DNA of 64,000 nucleotides, taken from positions 32,001-96,000 of the forward strand of contig JBDRQD010000046.1 in NCBI GenBank assembly GCA_043826455.1. Reading direction: 5' to 3'. A model generated the notes under the pieces. The model was not told the origin of the DNA. It saw only the letters and a list, made by a program, of their open reading frames with translations, and made no database searches. Positions 18,678 to 28,777 of this stretch are shown here, piece after piece. The position numbers and the translations under genes are program-made. Source of the stretch: Candidatus Bathyarchaeota archaeon (GTDB lineage: Archaea > Thermoproteota > Bathyarchaeia > TCS64). Position 1 is the stretch's first letter. Each line of letters opens with the position of its first letter.

Positions 18678-19031
18678 TTAGAAGCTGACCACCCTGTCGC
18701 TGTCCCTTATCCACTCGGCCAGAATCTTCATGGAGCCCTTCTCCACGCCCTCCACCAGCTCCGAGGGGTCCAGGCCGCGGGCGGTTATGCAGGTGCCGCA
18801 TACCTTCACCTCCACTCCCCTGTGGATGAGGGCTTGGAGCATCTTCTCCATGTTGTAGAAGCCGTCAGGCGTCTTCTGGCCACGTTTTGCAGCCACCACG
18901 CTGTCCCCCATGAGGAACACCCGCACCTTCATAGCCATCTCTTCGGATGCAGCAGTTGAAGCCAGGCGCAGGGCGTTCCACGGCTTCTCAGAGCCGTAAG
19001 GCGGGTCGTTCACTATTATCGTCAGATTCAT
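18678..19031 (-). CDS. DsrE/DsrF-like (YchN) sulfur-relay protein
   Basis: PPYGSEKPWNALRLA, VFLMGDSV, CGTC. Confidence 0.9.
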   Translation of the reverse strand: MNLTIIVNDPPYGSEKPWNALRLASTAASEEMAMKVRVFLMGDSVVAAKRGQKTPDGFYNMEKMLQALIHRGVEVKVCGTCITARGLDPSELVEGVEKGSMKILAEWIRDSDRVVSF

Positions 19032-19145
19032 ACATCTGATGCACGGAAGCCGGAACTAAAGGGGTTTTCCTCCCGGACACTGTCAAAACCTATATATGAC
19101 TGCACTGCATTGTCTGGTCACTGAAACAGGGAGAGAAAAAACAGC

Positions 19146-19721
19146 TTGTCCAGGGCAGTCAGGGATAAATGGCGGCGCAAAGAGTGGTACGACATCATAC
19201 TGCCCCGCTACTTCGGGGAGACCAAGGTGGGGGAGACGCCATGCGAGGGCCCCGACAAGGTGATGGGCCGAGTCTTTGAGACCACCCTCGCAGCCATCAC
19301 GGGCGACTTCAGCCAGGAGTACATGAAGATGTACTTCCAGGTCAACGAGGTGGAGGGCCACACGGCCCGCACAGTCTTCAAGGGCCACGAGTACCTACGC
19401 GACTACCTCCGCAGCCTGGTCCGCAGGCGCAGCACCAAGGTGGACGGCTACTTCAGGGTCTACACCAAGGACGGGTACAGGATCAAGATCATAGTCACCG
19501 CCATGACCCAGACCAGGATAAAGACCAGCGACGAGAAGGTCATCCGCAAGATCATGGAGGACATAGTGACCGAGAAGACTCAGACCCTCACCTTCGACCA
19601 ATTGGCCCACGAGATGGTGCTGGGCAAGCTAGCCAGCGACGTCTACAACCTTGCCAAGAACATCACGGGCCTCAGGCACGTGGGGGTCAGGAAGAGCGAG
19701 CTCCTAGCCCTACCCAACTAA
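19146..19721 (+). CDS. rps3ae: 30S ribosomal protein S3Ae (eS1)
   Basis: RDKWRRKEWY, DYLRSLVRRRSTKVD, VRKSE. Confidence 0.96.
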   Translation: MSRAVRDKWRRKEWYDIILPRYFGETKVGETPCEGPDKVMGRVFETTLAAITGDFSQEYMKMYFQVNEVEGHTARTVFKGHEYLRDYLRSLVRRRSTKVDGYFRVYTKDGYRIKIIVTAMTQTRIKTSDEKVIRKIMEDIVTEKTQTLTFDQLAHEMVLGKLASDVYNLAKNITGLRHVGVRKSELLALPN

Positions 19722-19877
19722 ACCCTTATGGGGCGCCGCCCCTGCGCCCAGAAACGTTTTTAGCTAAAAGCAATCCAAAAAATATCACATTCTACCCAGC
19801 CACAGTCATCTCAAGCCACACCATCATGGCGTAGACCCCAAAGAAACAAAAGCCTAGACCTCCACAGAATCATTGAG

Positions 19878-20489
19878 TTGGACGCCCGCAGACAGGTAGC
19901 CTACGAGGCCGCCCGCCTCCTCTACGACGGAGCCTACGATGAGTACAAGGACGCCAAGGAGGTCGCAGCCACCAGCCTGGGAGTGAGAAGCATACCCAGC
20001 AACTACGAGGTCGCAGAGCAGCTGGAACGGGTAGCGGAGGCTGAGGAGGGCTCAGACCGGCTGAGAAGGCTCATGGAGATGAGGATGGTCGCCGTGGAAG
20101 TCATGAAGGCCCTGGGCGACGTGAGCCCCAGGCTCATAGGAAGCGTCTGGAGGGGCACGGCCAGAATGGGCAGCGACGTGGACGTGGTGGTCTACGGCGA
20201 CCACGACCTCGTGGAGTTAACGCTATCAGAGAAATACTCAGTGAAGGAGAAGACCGCCAAGTCATTCATGGTGGAGGGGGCCCCCAGGACCTCCACCCAC
20301 CTCAAACTAGAGGTGGGGGGCTACGACGTGGAGGTGGTGGTGCGCCCCCCCAGGGACGTAGAGGCGTACAGGGATGAGCGGTGCGACATCTACGGTGACT
20401 TTAAGCGCGGCGTGGGGCTGGGGGAGCTGGAAAGACTTATGAAGACTGACCCCCTCCGCAGATTCATCCCAAGGAGGCGGCAGCGTTAA
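19878..20489 (+). CDS. Predicted nucleotidyltransferase-domain protein
   Basis: LIGSVWRG...SDVDV motif, preceded by a helical EAARLLY domain. Confidence 0.85.
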   Translation: MDARRQVAYEAARLLYDGAYDEYKDAKEVAATSLGVRSIPSNYEVAEQLERVAEAEEGSDRLRRLMEMRMVAVEVMKALGDVSPRLIGSVWRGTARMGSDVDVVVYGDHDLVELTLSEKYSVKEKTAKSFMVEGAPRTSTHLKLEVGGYDVEVVVRPPRDVEAYRDERCDIYGDFKRGVGLGELERLMKTDPLRRFIPRRRQR

Positions 20490-21850
20490 AGCCCAAGCTC
20501 TTCGGCTCGTCAGGCATCAGAGGCCTCGCCAACGTGGAGGTCACAATCACGCTAGCCCAGCGGGTGGGGGCCGCCCTGGCCACGGTACACAGCGGCGGAA
20601 CCTTCGTCGTCGGCAGGGACGCCAGGACCACGGGCCCCATGCTGGAGGCCGCCCTCCTCAGCGGCATAGTCTCCGGGGGAGCCGACGCCCTCTCAGTGGG
20701 CATGGTGCCCACGCCGGTGGCGGCCTGGATGATCAAGGAGACGGGCTCCGAGGCCGGCGTCGCCATAACCGCCAGCCACAACCCCCCCGAGTACAACGGC
20801 CTTAAGGTCTTCAACGGGCGGGGCATGAGCCTCACCAACCGGGAGCAACTGGAGCTAGAGGCCGTCCTGGAGAAGGAGGCCTACAGCCTGGCCCGATGGG
20901 ACGAGGTGGGCACAGTGGACCAGGTGGACGCCGTTGAGCCCTACTTGGAGGCCGTCTCCGAAGCCCTAGACGAGCTGGGCGACCGCAAGGTGGCCTGCGA
21001 CCTGTTCAGCGGGGCCACCTGCACCGTGGCGCCTGCCGCCTTCCAGGAGCTGGGCGTGGAGGCAGAGTTCATCAACAGCGTCCCGGACGGGGCCTTCCCG
21101 GCAGGCAACCCCGAGCCGTTACCTGAGTCCCTGGCTCGGCTTGGAAGCTACCTGAAGGCAAGAGACCTAGATCTGGGCTTCGGGTTCGACGGCGACGGCG
21201 ACAGGATGATGCCCGTGGACAGGGGCGGCGTCACGGTTAGCCCGGACAGGGCCCTGGCGGCCTACGCCGGCTACGTGGTCGATCGGAAGGGCGGAGGCAC
21301 CGTGGTGACCCACGTAGGCGCCAGCATGAACGTGGACGACATGGTGGAGGAGGCGGGGGGCACCGTGGTGAGGACACCCGTGGGAGACGCTTTCATTACG
21401 GAGGCCATGGAGAAGCACAGGGCCGTCTTCGGCGGCGAGCCCGTGGGGGCCTGGGTGATGCCCGAGGTCCACATGTGCCCCGACGGGGTGCTCTCGGCCC
21501 TGAAGCTCCTGGAGGCCCTGGAGGACACGGGCCTCAGCCTCAGAAAGTTCGCGGAGAGGGCCCCCGAGTACCCCCTGGACAGGGCCAAGGTGGAGTGCCC
21601 CAACAGGCACAAGCAGAAGGCCATGGAGCTGCTGGCCGAGGAGTACCGGGGCGTCTTCGGTGAGGTCAAGGGCGTCAACACGGTGGACGGTGTGCGCTTG
21701 GAGCTGGAGGAGGGCTGGGTGCTCATCAGGCCCAGCGGCACAGAGCCCCTCATGAGGCTGACCGTGGAGGGCCGGGACTCTAAGAAGGTCCGGGGGCTAA
21801 TGGAAAAAGGTAAGACCCTGGTGAACAAGGTTATAGGGGGTCTGAAGTGA
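20486..21850 (+). CDS. glmM: Phosphoglucosamine mutase / phosphomannomutase
   Basis: KLFGSSGIRG N-terminus begins just after 20486 (upstream of GTG 20534); TASHNP, FDGDGDR, IRPSGTEP; adjacent to the glmU-like gene. The start codon at 20486 would be TTA. Confidence 0.9.
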   Translation, partial: LKPKLFGSSGIRGLANVEVTITLAQRVGAALATVHSGGTFVVGRDARTTGPMLEAALLSGIVSGGADALSVGMVPTPVAAWMIKETGSEAGVAITASHNPPEYNGLKVFNGRGMSLTNREQLELEAVLEKEAYSLARWDEVGTVDQVDAVEPYLEAVSEALDELGDRKVACDLFSGATCTVAPAAFQELGVEAEFINSVPDGAFPAGNPEPLPESLARLGSYLKARDLDLGFGFDGDGDRMMPVDRGGVTVSPDRALAAYAGYVVDRKGGGTVVTHVGASMNVDDMVEEAGGTVVRTPVGDAFITEAMEKHRAVFGGEPVGAWVMPEVHMCPDGVLSALKLLEALEDTGLSLRKFAERAPEYPLDRAKVECPNRHKQKAMELLAEEYRGVFGEVKGVNTVDGVRLELEEGWVLIRPSGTEPLMRLTVEGRDSKKVRGLMEKGKTLVNKVIGGLK

Positions 21851-23115
21851 AGGCAGTCATACTGGCCGCTGGTAAGGGTACCAGGCTTTGGCCGTTGACG
21901 GAGTACACGCCCAAGCCGCTGCTGCCCGTGGGGGGCCGCCCCCTACTAGAATGGATGATCCAGAGGGTCAGAGAGGCGGGCATACATGATGTCCTAATGG
22001 TCACCAACTACCTTGAGGACCAGATCAAGGGCCACTTCGGGGACGGCTCAGGCCACGGCGTCAGGATCAGCTACGCACGCCAGAACGAGATGCTGGGCAC
22101 CGCCGACGCCTTCAACGTAGCCCGGGACTGGGCCGCGGGTGACGAGTTCATGGGGCTCTACGGTGACCACTACCTGGCTGAGGGCACCTTGAAGAAGGTT
22201 ATTGAGGCCCACAGGCCGGGGGAGGTGACTGTCGCGGCCCTGGAGGTGAAAGACCCCAGCCAGTACGGAGCCTTCGCACTAGAGGGAGACCTCGTTAAAC
22301 GGGTGGTGGAGAAGCCCCCCAGGGGCAATGAGCCCAGCAAGCACGCCAACGTGGGCATCTACGTGTTCCCGCCACAGGTCTTCGACTACATCAGCAGGAC
22401 CCAGAAGAGCCCACGGGGCGAACATGAGATCACAGACACCCTGCAGCTCATGATAGACGAGGGCACCACGGTGAGGAAGCACGACCTGGGGCCAGGCGAC
22501 TGGTTGGACATAGGCCTCCCCTGGACACTGCTAGAGGCCAACGAGAGGGCCATGGTGGGCCTGGAGCGCAGGATCGAGGGAACGGTGGAGGAGGGGGCAC
22601 ACATCCACGGCCCCGTCTGGGTCAAGGAGGGGGCCCGCGTCAGGTCAGGCGCCTACATCGAGGGCCCTGTTGTGGTGGGGGAGGGCAGCGACGTGGGACC
22701 CAACTGCTACATCCGGGCAAACACCTGCCTCTGCAGGAACGTCCGGATAGGCAACGCCTGCGAGGTGAAGAACAGCGTAATCATGGACGGCACCCACGCC
22801 GCCCACCTCAGCTACATAGGGGACAGCGTCCTGGGCAAGGGCTGCAATCTGGGGGCCGGCACCATCACCGCCAACCTGCGCTTCGATAAATCGCCCATAG
22901 AGGTGACGGTTAAGGGGGAGCGCCTGGACAGCAGCCGACGGAAGCTGGGGGTCATCATGGGTGACAACGTGCAGACAGGGGTCAACGTGAGCATCCACCC
23001 CGGCGTCGTCATCGGTCCCGACGCCTGGATAGCCCCGGGGCTCATAATCCAGAAGGATGTCCCGGCCAAGGTGATCAAGTTCAGGATACCGGACAATAAG
23101 GAGAAGCAGCGGTAA
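21847..23115 (+). CDS. glmU: Bifunctional sugar-1-phosphate nucleotidyltransferase/acetyltransferase (GlmU-like)
   Basis: ILAAGKGTRLWPLT...PKPL, hexapeptide repeats, HLSYIGDS, GAGTITAN. Confidence 0.92.
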   Translation: MKAVILAAGKGTRLWPLTEYTPKPLLPVGGRPLLEWMIQRVREAGIHDVLMVTNYLEDQIKGHFGDGSGHGVRISYARQNEMLGTADAFNVARDWAAGDEFMGLYGDHYLAEGTLKKVIEAHRPGEVTVAALEVKDPSQYGAFALEGDLVKRVVEKPPRGNEPSKHANVGIYVFPPQVFDYISRTQKSPRGEHEITDTLQLMIDEGTTVRKHDLGPGDWLDIGLPWTLLEANERAMVGLERRIEGTVEEGAHIHGPVWVKEGARVRSGAYIEGPVVVGEGSDVGPNCYIRANTCLCRNVRIGNACEVKNSVIMDGTHAAHLSYIGDSVLGKGCNLGAGTITANLRFDKSPIEVTVKGERLDSSRRKLGVIMGDNVQTGVNVSIHPGVVIGPDAWIAPGLIIQKDVPAKVIKFRIPDNKEKQR

Positions 23116-23161
23116 CCCACCACATTTATTATACTCCAAGCATTTTGAGTGGCTGGACCAG

Positions 23162-23479
23162 ATGGAGCGCGACGATTTAAAGAAAAGGTACCCGGCCCTG
23201 GCCAAGGAGATGAAGGAGGGCAAGGGGAAGGCGGACCTCAGCTTCGAGGTAGAGGCCCCTCAGCCGGACCGCAGGTTCTCGGGCTACGACCCCAACGTTG
23301 TGGACTTCCTCCGAAGGTGCAGTAGCGACCAGGAGGCCCTGGAGATCATCGAGTACATGAGGAAACGAGGCGAGGTCACAGAGAAAGAGGCCGAGACGCT
23401 GTGCACCCAGCTGCAGGAGAAGGGAGTCAGAAGCTTCGGTCCCAAGAAGAAGCCCGGCTACTACGAGAAAGAGGGGTAG
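23162..23479 (+). CDS. DUF2095-like conserved archaeal protein
   Basis: YPALAKE, GYDPNVVDFLRRC, GVRSFGPKK. Confidence 0.82.
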   Translation: MERDDLKKRYPALAKEMKEGKGKADLSFEVEAPQPDRRFSGYDPNVVDFLRRCSSDQEALEIIEYMRKRGEVTEKEAETLCTQLQEKGVRSFGPKKKPGYYEKEG

Positions 23480-23537
23480 CCGGCACAATAAGGTAGGTAC
23501 CCCCGCCTGAATAGATTTGTAGAAATTTTCGGTTAAC

Positions 23538-23944
23538 CGTGTTTTCTGGGTCTCCAGAGTCTAGGACGAGGAGGCGTCTCACCGAGGAAAAAGCATGAAT
23601 CATGAGATGGAATTTTTTTTCCGCCTTATCCCGGCTGGCACGGGATAAGCCACCCAGGAAACTACACGCCAGCGCGTCGGCCCCAGGAATAAGGAGGGGG
23701 TAGAGCAGGTGAACCGGAAACGGCCGCACCACACCAAAAGGGCTCCTAAAACCGGTCCGACGCCGCAAGAATCTTCACAGAAACACGGTCTATTCAGCAC
23801 ATCAGACACGCTGCATCGGAGCCGATGTGAAAAAAGGTAGGGGGTATCACCTAATGACGATTTTCTCTATTATTAAGGGATACCCGCCCCCATGAAACCG
23901 ACACCCGAGGCACCAGCCAAAGAAGAACATAACCCAAATCCTCT
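23538..23944 (-). repeat. Dispersed non-coding element, copy A (full length)
   Basis: Reverse complement is colinear with 48942-49384 across many blocks; contains the hairpin cttatcccg/cgggataag. Confidence 0.88.
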
Positions 23945-23977
23945 TGTAATATAAGCAGGGGTTCCCCACAAGATATT

Positions 23978-24445
23978 ATGTCTGACATAGTCAAGAAGCT
24001 ACAGGAGCAGAAGGAGCTTGAGCTGAGCCACGTCAAGAGCCTGACGCCCTTGGCCAAGAAGACAGGCCACCCCCTAGTGAAGGTGATCCTCCAGTCCGTT
24101 ATCCATGACAGCGGTAAGCACGCCTCCATATGCCAGGCTCTAATAGACGTCAACGCCGGCGAGACGCCTTACAAGCTGGACCTGGACATGGCTAAGGCCG
24201 TGGAGTTGCACCAGAACATCAAGCAGCACATCAGGGTCGAGTCCAAGATGATCACAAGGCTCGAGACCATGGTGAAGGAGGCTAAGGATGACAGAGTCGC
24301 GGAGCTCCTCAGGTTCATGCTGGAGGACGAGAGGAGACACCATAGGCTCCTCACCGGGCTCTCCAACCTCCTGGACAGGGACGAGACCGCCCTGGACGAG
24401 TACATGAAGCTCTTCCAGACCTTCATGATCGTCCCCCCAGAGTAA
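23978..24445 (+). CDS. Ferritin-like (rubrerythrin-type) four-helix protein
   Basis: Duplicated E...DSGKH and E...DERRH motifs. Confidence 0.8.
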   Translation: MSDIVKKLQEQKELELSHVKSLTPLAKKTGHPLVKVILQSVIHDSGKHASICQALIDVNAGETPYKLDLDMAKAVELHQNIKQHIRVESKMITRLETMVKEAKDDRVAELLRFMLEDERRHHRLLTGLSNLLDRDETALDEYMKLFQTFMIVPPE

Positions 24446-24562
24446 TAACCCACCTTTTTCTTCATCCTCTTCACGTAGAGGGCGGATAGCAGAACTTTTA
24501 CAATGAAACTCTTTCATCCATAAACTTATGCAGCCTAAACCAACAGGATCATTGAAGCAGCC

Positions 24563-25774
24563 TTGCCCAAGATAGTCGGACTCGTCGGAAAAGCCAACGT
24601 CGGTAAGAGCACCTTCTTCGCGGCAGCCACCCTCAAACACGTAGAGATCGCGGCCTTCCCCTTCACCACCATCAAGGCCGATAGGGGGGTCGGCTACATC
24701 AGGGCCCCCTGCGTCTGCAAGGAGCTGGAGGTCACGGACAACCCCCAGAACAGCGCCTGCGTGGACGGCGTCCGCCTCATCCCCGTGGACCTCATAGACA
24801 CCCCCGGCCTCATCCCCGGCGCCCACATGGGCAAGGGCCTGGGCAACCAGTTCTTGGACGACGTGCGCCGCGCCGACGCCCTCATAGTTGTGGCCGACGC
24901 CTCGGGCGCCACGGACATCAACGGTCAGCCCACTGACCCGCTGAGCCACGACCCCGTGGAGGACGTCCAGATGTTCGAGGAGGAGTTCGACCTGTGGCTC
25001 AAGGCCCTTCTGGCCAAGGACTGGGACAGCATCGTCCGCACGGCCCAGGCCAAGAAGGAGAACGTGGACAGGCACCTGGAGGACAAGCTCACGGGCCTAG
25101 GCATCAACCGGGTTCAGATAGCTCAGGCGCTGCAGGAGGCCGGCCTGGACGGCTTCAAGAGCGGCCAGTGGACGGATGAAGATTTCATGGGGTTCGCCAC
25201 CACCCTCAGGAAGGTGAGCAAGCCCCTGATAGTGGCGGCCAACAAGGCGGACAGGGACGGCGCCGAGGAGAACGTGAAGAGGATCAGGGACGCAGGGTAC
25301 AGGGTGGTAGCCATCTGCGCGGAAGCCGAGCTTGCGCTGAGGCGGGCGGCGGACGCCGGCCTCGTGGAGTACACGCCGGGAGATGGTGACTTCAAGATCA
25401 AGAGCCCGGAGAAGCTTTCGGAGGGCCAGAGGCGGGCCCTGGAGAGGATCAGGGAGAAGGTTTTCAGTAAGTACGGGTCCACGGGGCTACAGCAGGCCAT
25501 CAACGAGGCGTTCTTCAGCCTCCTGGACATGATAACAGTGTACCCCGTGGAGAACGCTGAGAAGCTCACCAACCACCACGGCCACGTGCTCCCTGACTGC
25601 TACCTGGTCCCCAGGGGCACCACGGCCAAACAGTTCGCAGCCCTCATACACACGGAGCTGGCGGAGGGCTTCATATACGCCTTGGACGCCCGCACCAAGA
25701 AGCGGCTGGGCGACACCTATATCCTAGAGGACCGCGATGTTATTCAGATCGTCTCGGCCAGGGGCCGAAGATAG
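24563..25774 (+). CDS. Obg-family translation-associated GTPase/ATPase (YchF-like) with TGS domain
   Basis: GKANVGKST, FPFTT, GLGNQFLDD, ANKAD. Confidence 0.93.
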   Translation: MPKIVGLVGKANVGKSTFFAAATLKHVEIAAFPFTTIKADRGVGYIRAPCVCKELEVTDNPQNSACVDGVRLIPVDLIDTPGLIPGAHMGKGLGNQFLDDVRRADALIVVADASGATDINGQPTDPLSHDPVEDVQMFEEEFDLWLKALLAKDWDSIVRTAQAKKENVDRHLEDKLTGLGINRVQIAQALQEAGLDGFKSGQWTDEDFMGFATTLRKVSKPLIVAANKADRDGAEENVKRIRDAGYRVVAICAEAELALRRAADAGLVEYTPGDGDFKIKSPEKLSEGQRRALERIREKVFSKYGSTGLQQAINEAFFSLLDMITVYPVENAEKLTNHHGHVLPDCYLVPRGTTAKQFAALIHTELAEGFIYALDARTKKRLGDTYILEDRDVIQIVSARGRR

Positions 25775-25780
25775 GTGAAC

Positions 25781-26701
25781 ATGATGGTTAAGGTGCTGGT
25801 GGCGGACTCCATCCACGAGGACGGGGTCAAGATGATGAGGGACGCGGGCCTGGAGCTGGACCTCCAGACCGAGATCACGGCGGATGCCCTCAAGAAGGTG
25901 ATAGGCGGCTACGACGCCATAGTGGTCCGAAGTCGGACGAAGCTCACCAAGGAGGTCCTGGAGAAATCCGGGAAGCTGAAGGTGATCGCCAGGGCGGGCG
26001 TCGGCCTGGACAACGTGGACGTGGCCTACGCTAAGGAGAAAGGTATCGAGGTCTATAACAGCCCGGAGGCGCCCAGCAACGCGGTCGCGGAGCTGGTGCT
26101 GGGTTATATGCTGGACCTGGCCAGAAACATCAGCCGCGGCGACCACGGCCTCAAGCAGGGCAAGTGGCTCAAGAAGGACCTGGGCGGCTTCGAGCTCCAA
26201 GGTAAGACTCTGGGCATCATAGGGTTCGGCCGCATCGGGTACCTGCTGGGCAAGAAGGCCAAGGCCCTGGGCATGGAGGTCCTGGCCTACGACGTGATCA
26301 TGGACAAGCTCAGACACTTCGTCGTGGAGATAGGGGCCAGGGACGTGCCCCTGGACACCCTGCTGGCTGAGAGCGACTTCGTCACAGTCCACGTGCCCCT
26401 TCTACCCCAGACCAGGCACATGATCAGCGCAGCCCAGTTCAACAAGATGAAGAAGGGCTCCTACATCATCAACGCGGCCAGGGGCGGCGTCGTGGACGAG
26501 GCGGCCTTGAAGGCGGCTCTTGACGCGGGGCGGCTGGCGGGGGCCGCCCTGGATGTCTTCGAGCAGGAGCCGGACCCGGACCCTGACCTGGTGACCAGAC
26601 ACAACGTGGTGTGCACGCCCCACATAGGGGCGGAGAGCGAGGAGGCCCAGGTAGGCAACAGCACCATCGTGGCCGAGAAGCTCATCAAGTTCTTCAAGTA
26701 G
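25781..26701 (+). CDS. D-2-hydroxyacid dehydrogenase (SerA-like, no ACT domain)
   Basis: RAGVGLDNVD, GFGRIG, INAARGGVVDE, TPHIGA. Confidence 0.92.
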   Translation: MMVKVLVADSIHEDGVKMMRDAGLELDLQTEITADALKKVIGGYDAIVVRSRTKLTKEVLEKSGKLKVIARAGVGLDNVDVAYAKEKGIEVYNSPEAPSNAVAELVLGYMLDLARNISRGDHGLKQGKWLKKDLGGFELQGKTLGIIGFGRIGYLLGKKAKALGMEVLAYDVIMDKLRHFVVEIGARDVPLDTLLAESDFVTVHVPLLPQTRHMISAAQFNKMKKGSYIINAARGGVVDEAALKAALDAGRLAGAALDVFEQEPDPDPDLVTRHNVVCTPHIGAESEEAQVGNSTIVAEKLIKFFK

Positions 26702-26769
26702 CCCCCTTTTCTTCAACCACCCGAAATCGTATCATTCATTAACCTGTCCACCAGCCCTATGGATAACTG

Positions 26770-28047
26770 ATGATAACCATACTAGGTGCAGGCCTGGCGG
26801 GCCTCAGCGCCGCCTACCACCTGGGAGACGGCTACAGGGTCCTGGAGCGTGAGGCTGAGCCGGGCGGCCTGTGCAGAAGCTTCGAGGAGAAGGGCTACGT
26901 CTTCGACATCGCCCCCCACATACTGTTCTCGAGGGATGAGTACGCCCGCGGCCTCTTCGCCAGGCTGCTGGAGGGCAACCTGCTGACCCATGACCGCCGA
27001 GCCTACATCTACATGATGGGCACCTACGTCAAGTACCCCTTTGAAGTTAACCTGTACCCCCTTCCCCGGGAAGTCATAGAGGAGTGCATCCAGGGGGTGG
27101 TGGACAGGCCCGCCCTGAAGCCGGGTAACTTCAGGGAGTGGATTCTCGCCTCCTTCGGGGAGGGGATTGCCAGGCACTACATGGTGCCCTACAACGATAA
27201 AACATGGAAGTACCCCCTGGAGAAGATGAACACTGAGTGGCTAGGGGGCCGCGTCCCAAGCCCCAGCGTCGAGGAGATGAGGAGGGGCGCCAAGGGCGAG
27301 CAGGAAGTAGACTACGGCCCCAACGCCCAGTTCTGGTACCCCATGGTGGGCGGGATCGGCTCACTGCCCAATAGGCTGGCTGAGGGGCTGAACGTGTCCT
27401 ACGGGTCCGACGCCGTTGCGGTGAGGCCCACCGAGAAGGGTGTGAAGGTCACCTACAGGAAAGGTGGAGCCGCCAAGACGGTGGAGTCGGAGTACGTGAT
27501 GTCGTCGCTTCCTCTACCAGAGCTCGTGAAGATGTTGCCCGAGGTCCCCGAGGACGTGGTGAAGGCCACGGACAGGCTGGTCCACAACAGCATCGTCTGC
27601 GTCAATGTGGGGGTCAAGAGGCCCAGCATCACAGACAAGCACTGGCTCTACTTCCCGGAGGCCCACCTGCCCTTCAACAGGATCAGCTTCCCCATGAACT
27701 TCAGCCCGGGGACCACCCCGCCTGGCCGCAGCAGCGTCCTGGTGGAGGTGACGTACAGGAGCAGGCAGCCGGACCTAGAGGAGACAAAGGAGGGGGTGCT
27801 GCAGGGCCTGGTGGACGCGGAGCTCATGTTGGAGGGCGACGAGGTGGAGGTCTGCCAGGCGTCCAGCTACAGGTACGCCTACGTCATCTACGACCTGGAC
27901 CACAGGAGGAACGTCGAGGCCGTACACAGGTACCTCAGGGAGAACAGGGTCATACCCATAGGCAGGTTCGGGGAGTGGGAGTACTACAACATGGATAAGG
28001 CCATCCTCTCGGGTAAGAGAGCGGCTGAGGCCCTGAAGGGGAGCTAG
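26770..28047 (+). CDS. FAD-dependent oxidoreductase (UDP-galactopyranose mutase/HemY-like)
   Basis: ILGAGLAGL, GGLCRS, GRFGEWEYYNMD; coupled to a GT2 gene. Confidence 0.85.
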   Translation: MITILGAGLAGLSAAYHLGDGYRVLEREAEPGGLCRSFEEKGYVFDIAPHILFSRDEYARGLFARLLEGNLLTHDRRAYIYMMGTYVKYPFEVNLYPLPREVIEECIQGVVDRPALKPGNFREWILASFGEGIARHYMVPYNDKTWKYPLEKMNTEWLGGRVPSPSVEEMRRGAKGEQEVDYGPNAQFWYPMVGGIGSLPNRLAEGLNVSYGSDAVAVRPTEKGVKVTYRKGGAAKTVESEYVMSSLPLPELVKMLPEVPEDVVKATDRLVHNSIVCVNVGVKRPSITDKHWLYFPEAHLPFNRISFPMNFSPGTTPPGRSSVLVEVTYRSRQPDLEETKEGVLQGLVDAELMLEGDEVEVCQASSYRYAYVIYDLDHRRNVEAVHRYLRENRVIPIGRFGEWEYYNMDKAILSGKRAAEALKGS

Positions 28048-28048
28048 C

Positions 28049-28777
28049 ATGATCTCCGTGGTGGTGCCCACCTACAACGAGGAGAAGAACATAGAGGGCT
28101 GCCTAAGGTCACTGGTAGATCAGACGGTGCCCCGTGAAGAGATCGACATCATCGTGGTGGACGGGGACAGCACGGATCGGACCAGAGAGATCGCCGAGGG
28201 CATAGCCGACAACTTCATCATCCAAACCAGTGAGGGAGTGGGCGGAGCCAGGAACGACGGCTTCGCCATAGCTCGCGGCGAGATAGTGGCCACCACGGAC
28301 GCTGACTGCCACCCCTTCCCGGACTGGCTAGAGATCATCCAGCGCAACTTCATGGATCCGAAGGTTGTGGCCGTCACCGGGGTCCTGGTGCCCTTCGACT
28401 TCGGCGGCATGGGCAGAGTGGAGGAGTTCGCGTACCGGCTCCTCTTTGACCTGTCTAACGTCGCACTGGTGGTGATGAGCTGGTTCGGTAAGATGCACCT
28501 GTGCGGGGCCAACTCGGCCTTCAGGAAGGACGCGTTCCTGGAGGCTGGGGGCTACCTGCCCCTGGCCTACGCAGATGACGTGGAGATATACAAGAGGGTC
28601 AAGGAGAAGGGTACTGTGAGGCTGGACACCGGGATGAGGATAAACTATAGTGTCCGCCGCATCAGGAAGGTGGGGCTCCTAAGGTACATTCTGCTGTTGT
28701 TCAGGATGGAGTGGGATGTCATGGTGATGGGTAGGAAGCCTGTGAAGGGTGGGTACGCTAGGCAGACCTATGAGTGA
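28049..28777 (+). CDS. Glycosyltransferase family 2
   Basis: ISVVVPTYNEE, VVDGDSTD, ATTDAD. Confidence 0.92.
   Translation: MISVVVPTYNEEKNIEGCLRSLVDQTVPREEIDIIVVDGDSTDRTREIAEGIADNFIIQTSEGVGGARNDGFAIARGEIVATTDADCHPFPDWLEIIQRNFMDPKVVAVTGVLVPFDFGGMGRVEEFAYRLLFDLSNVALVVMSWFGKMHLCGANSAFRKDAFLEAGGYLPLAYADDVEIYKRVKEKGTVRLDTGMRINYSVRRIRKVGLLRYILLLFRMEWDVMVMGRKPVKGGYARQTYE

Noticed and set aside
15259..19031. Selenocysteine or pyrrolysine recoding in redox genes
   Set aside because: No in-frame TGA/TAG at catalytic positions; all frames end at plausible C-termini.
23427..24153. Small ORFs over repeat copy A (and 48843-49288 over copy B)
   Set aside because: Reading frames are not conserved between homologous copies (indels) and codon usage is atypical.
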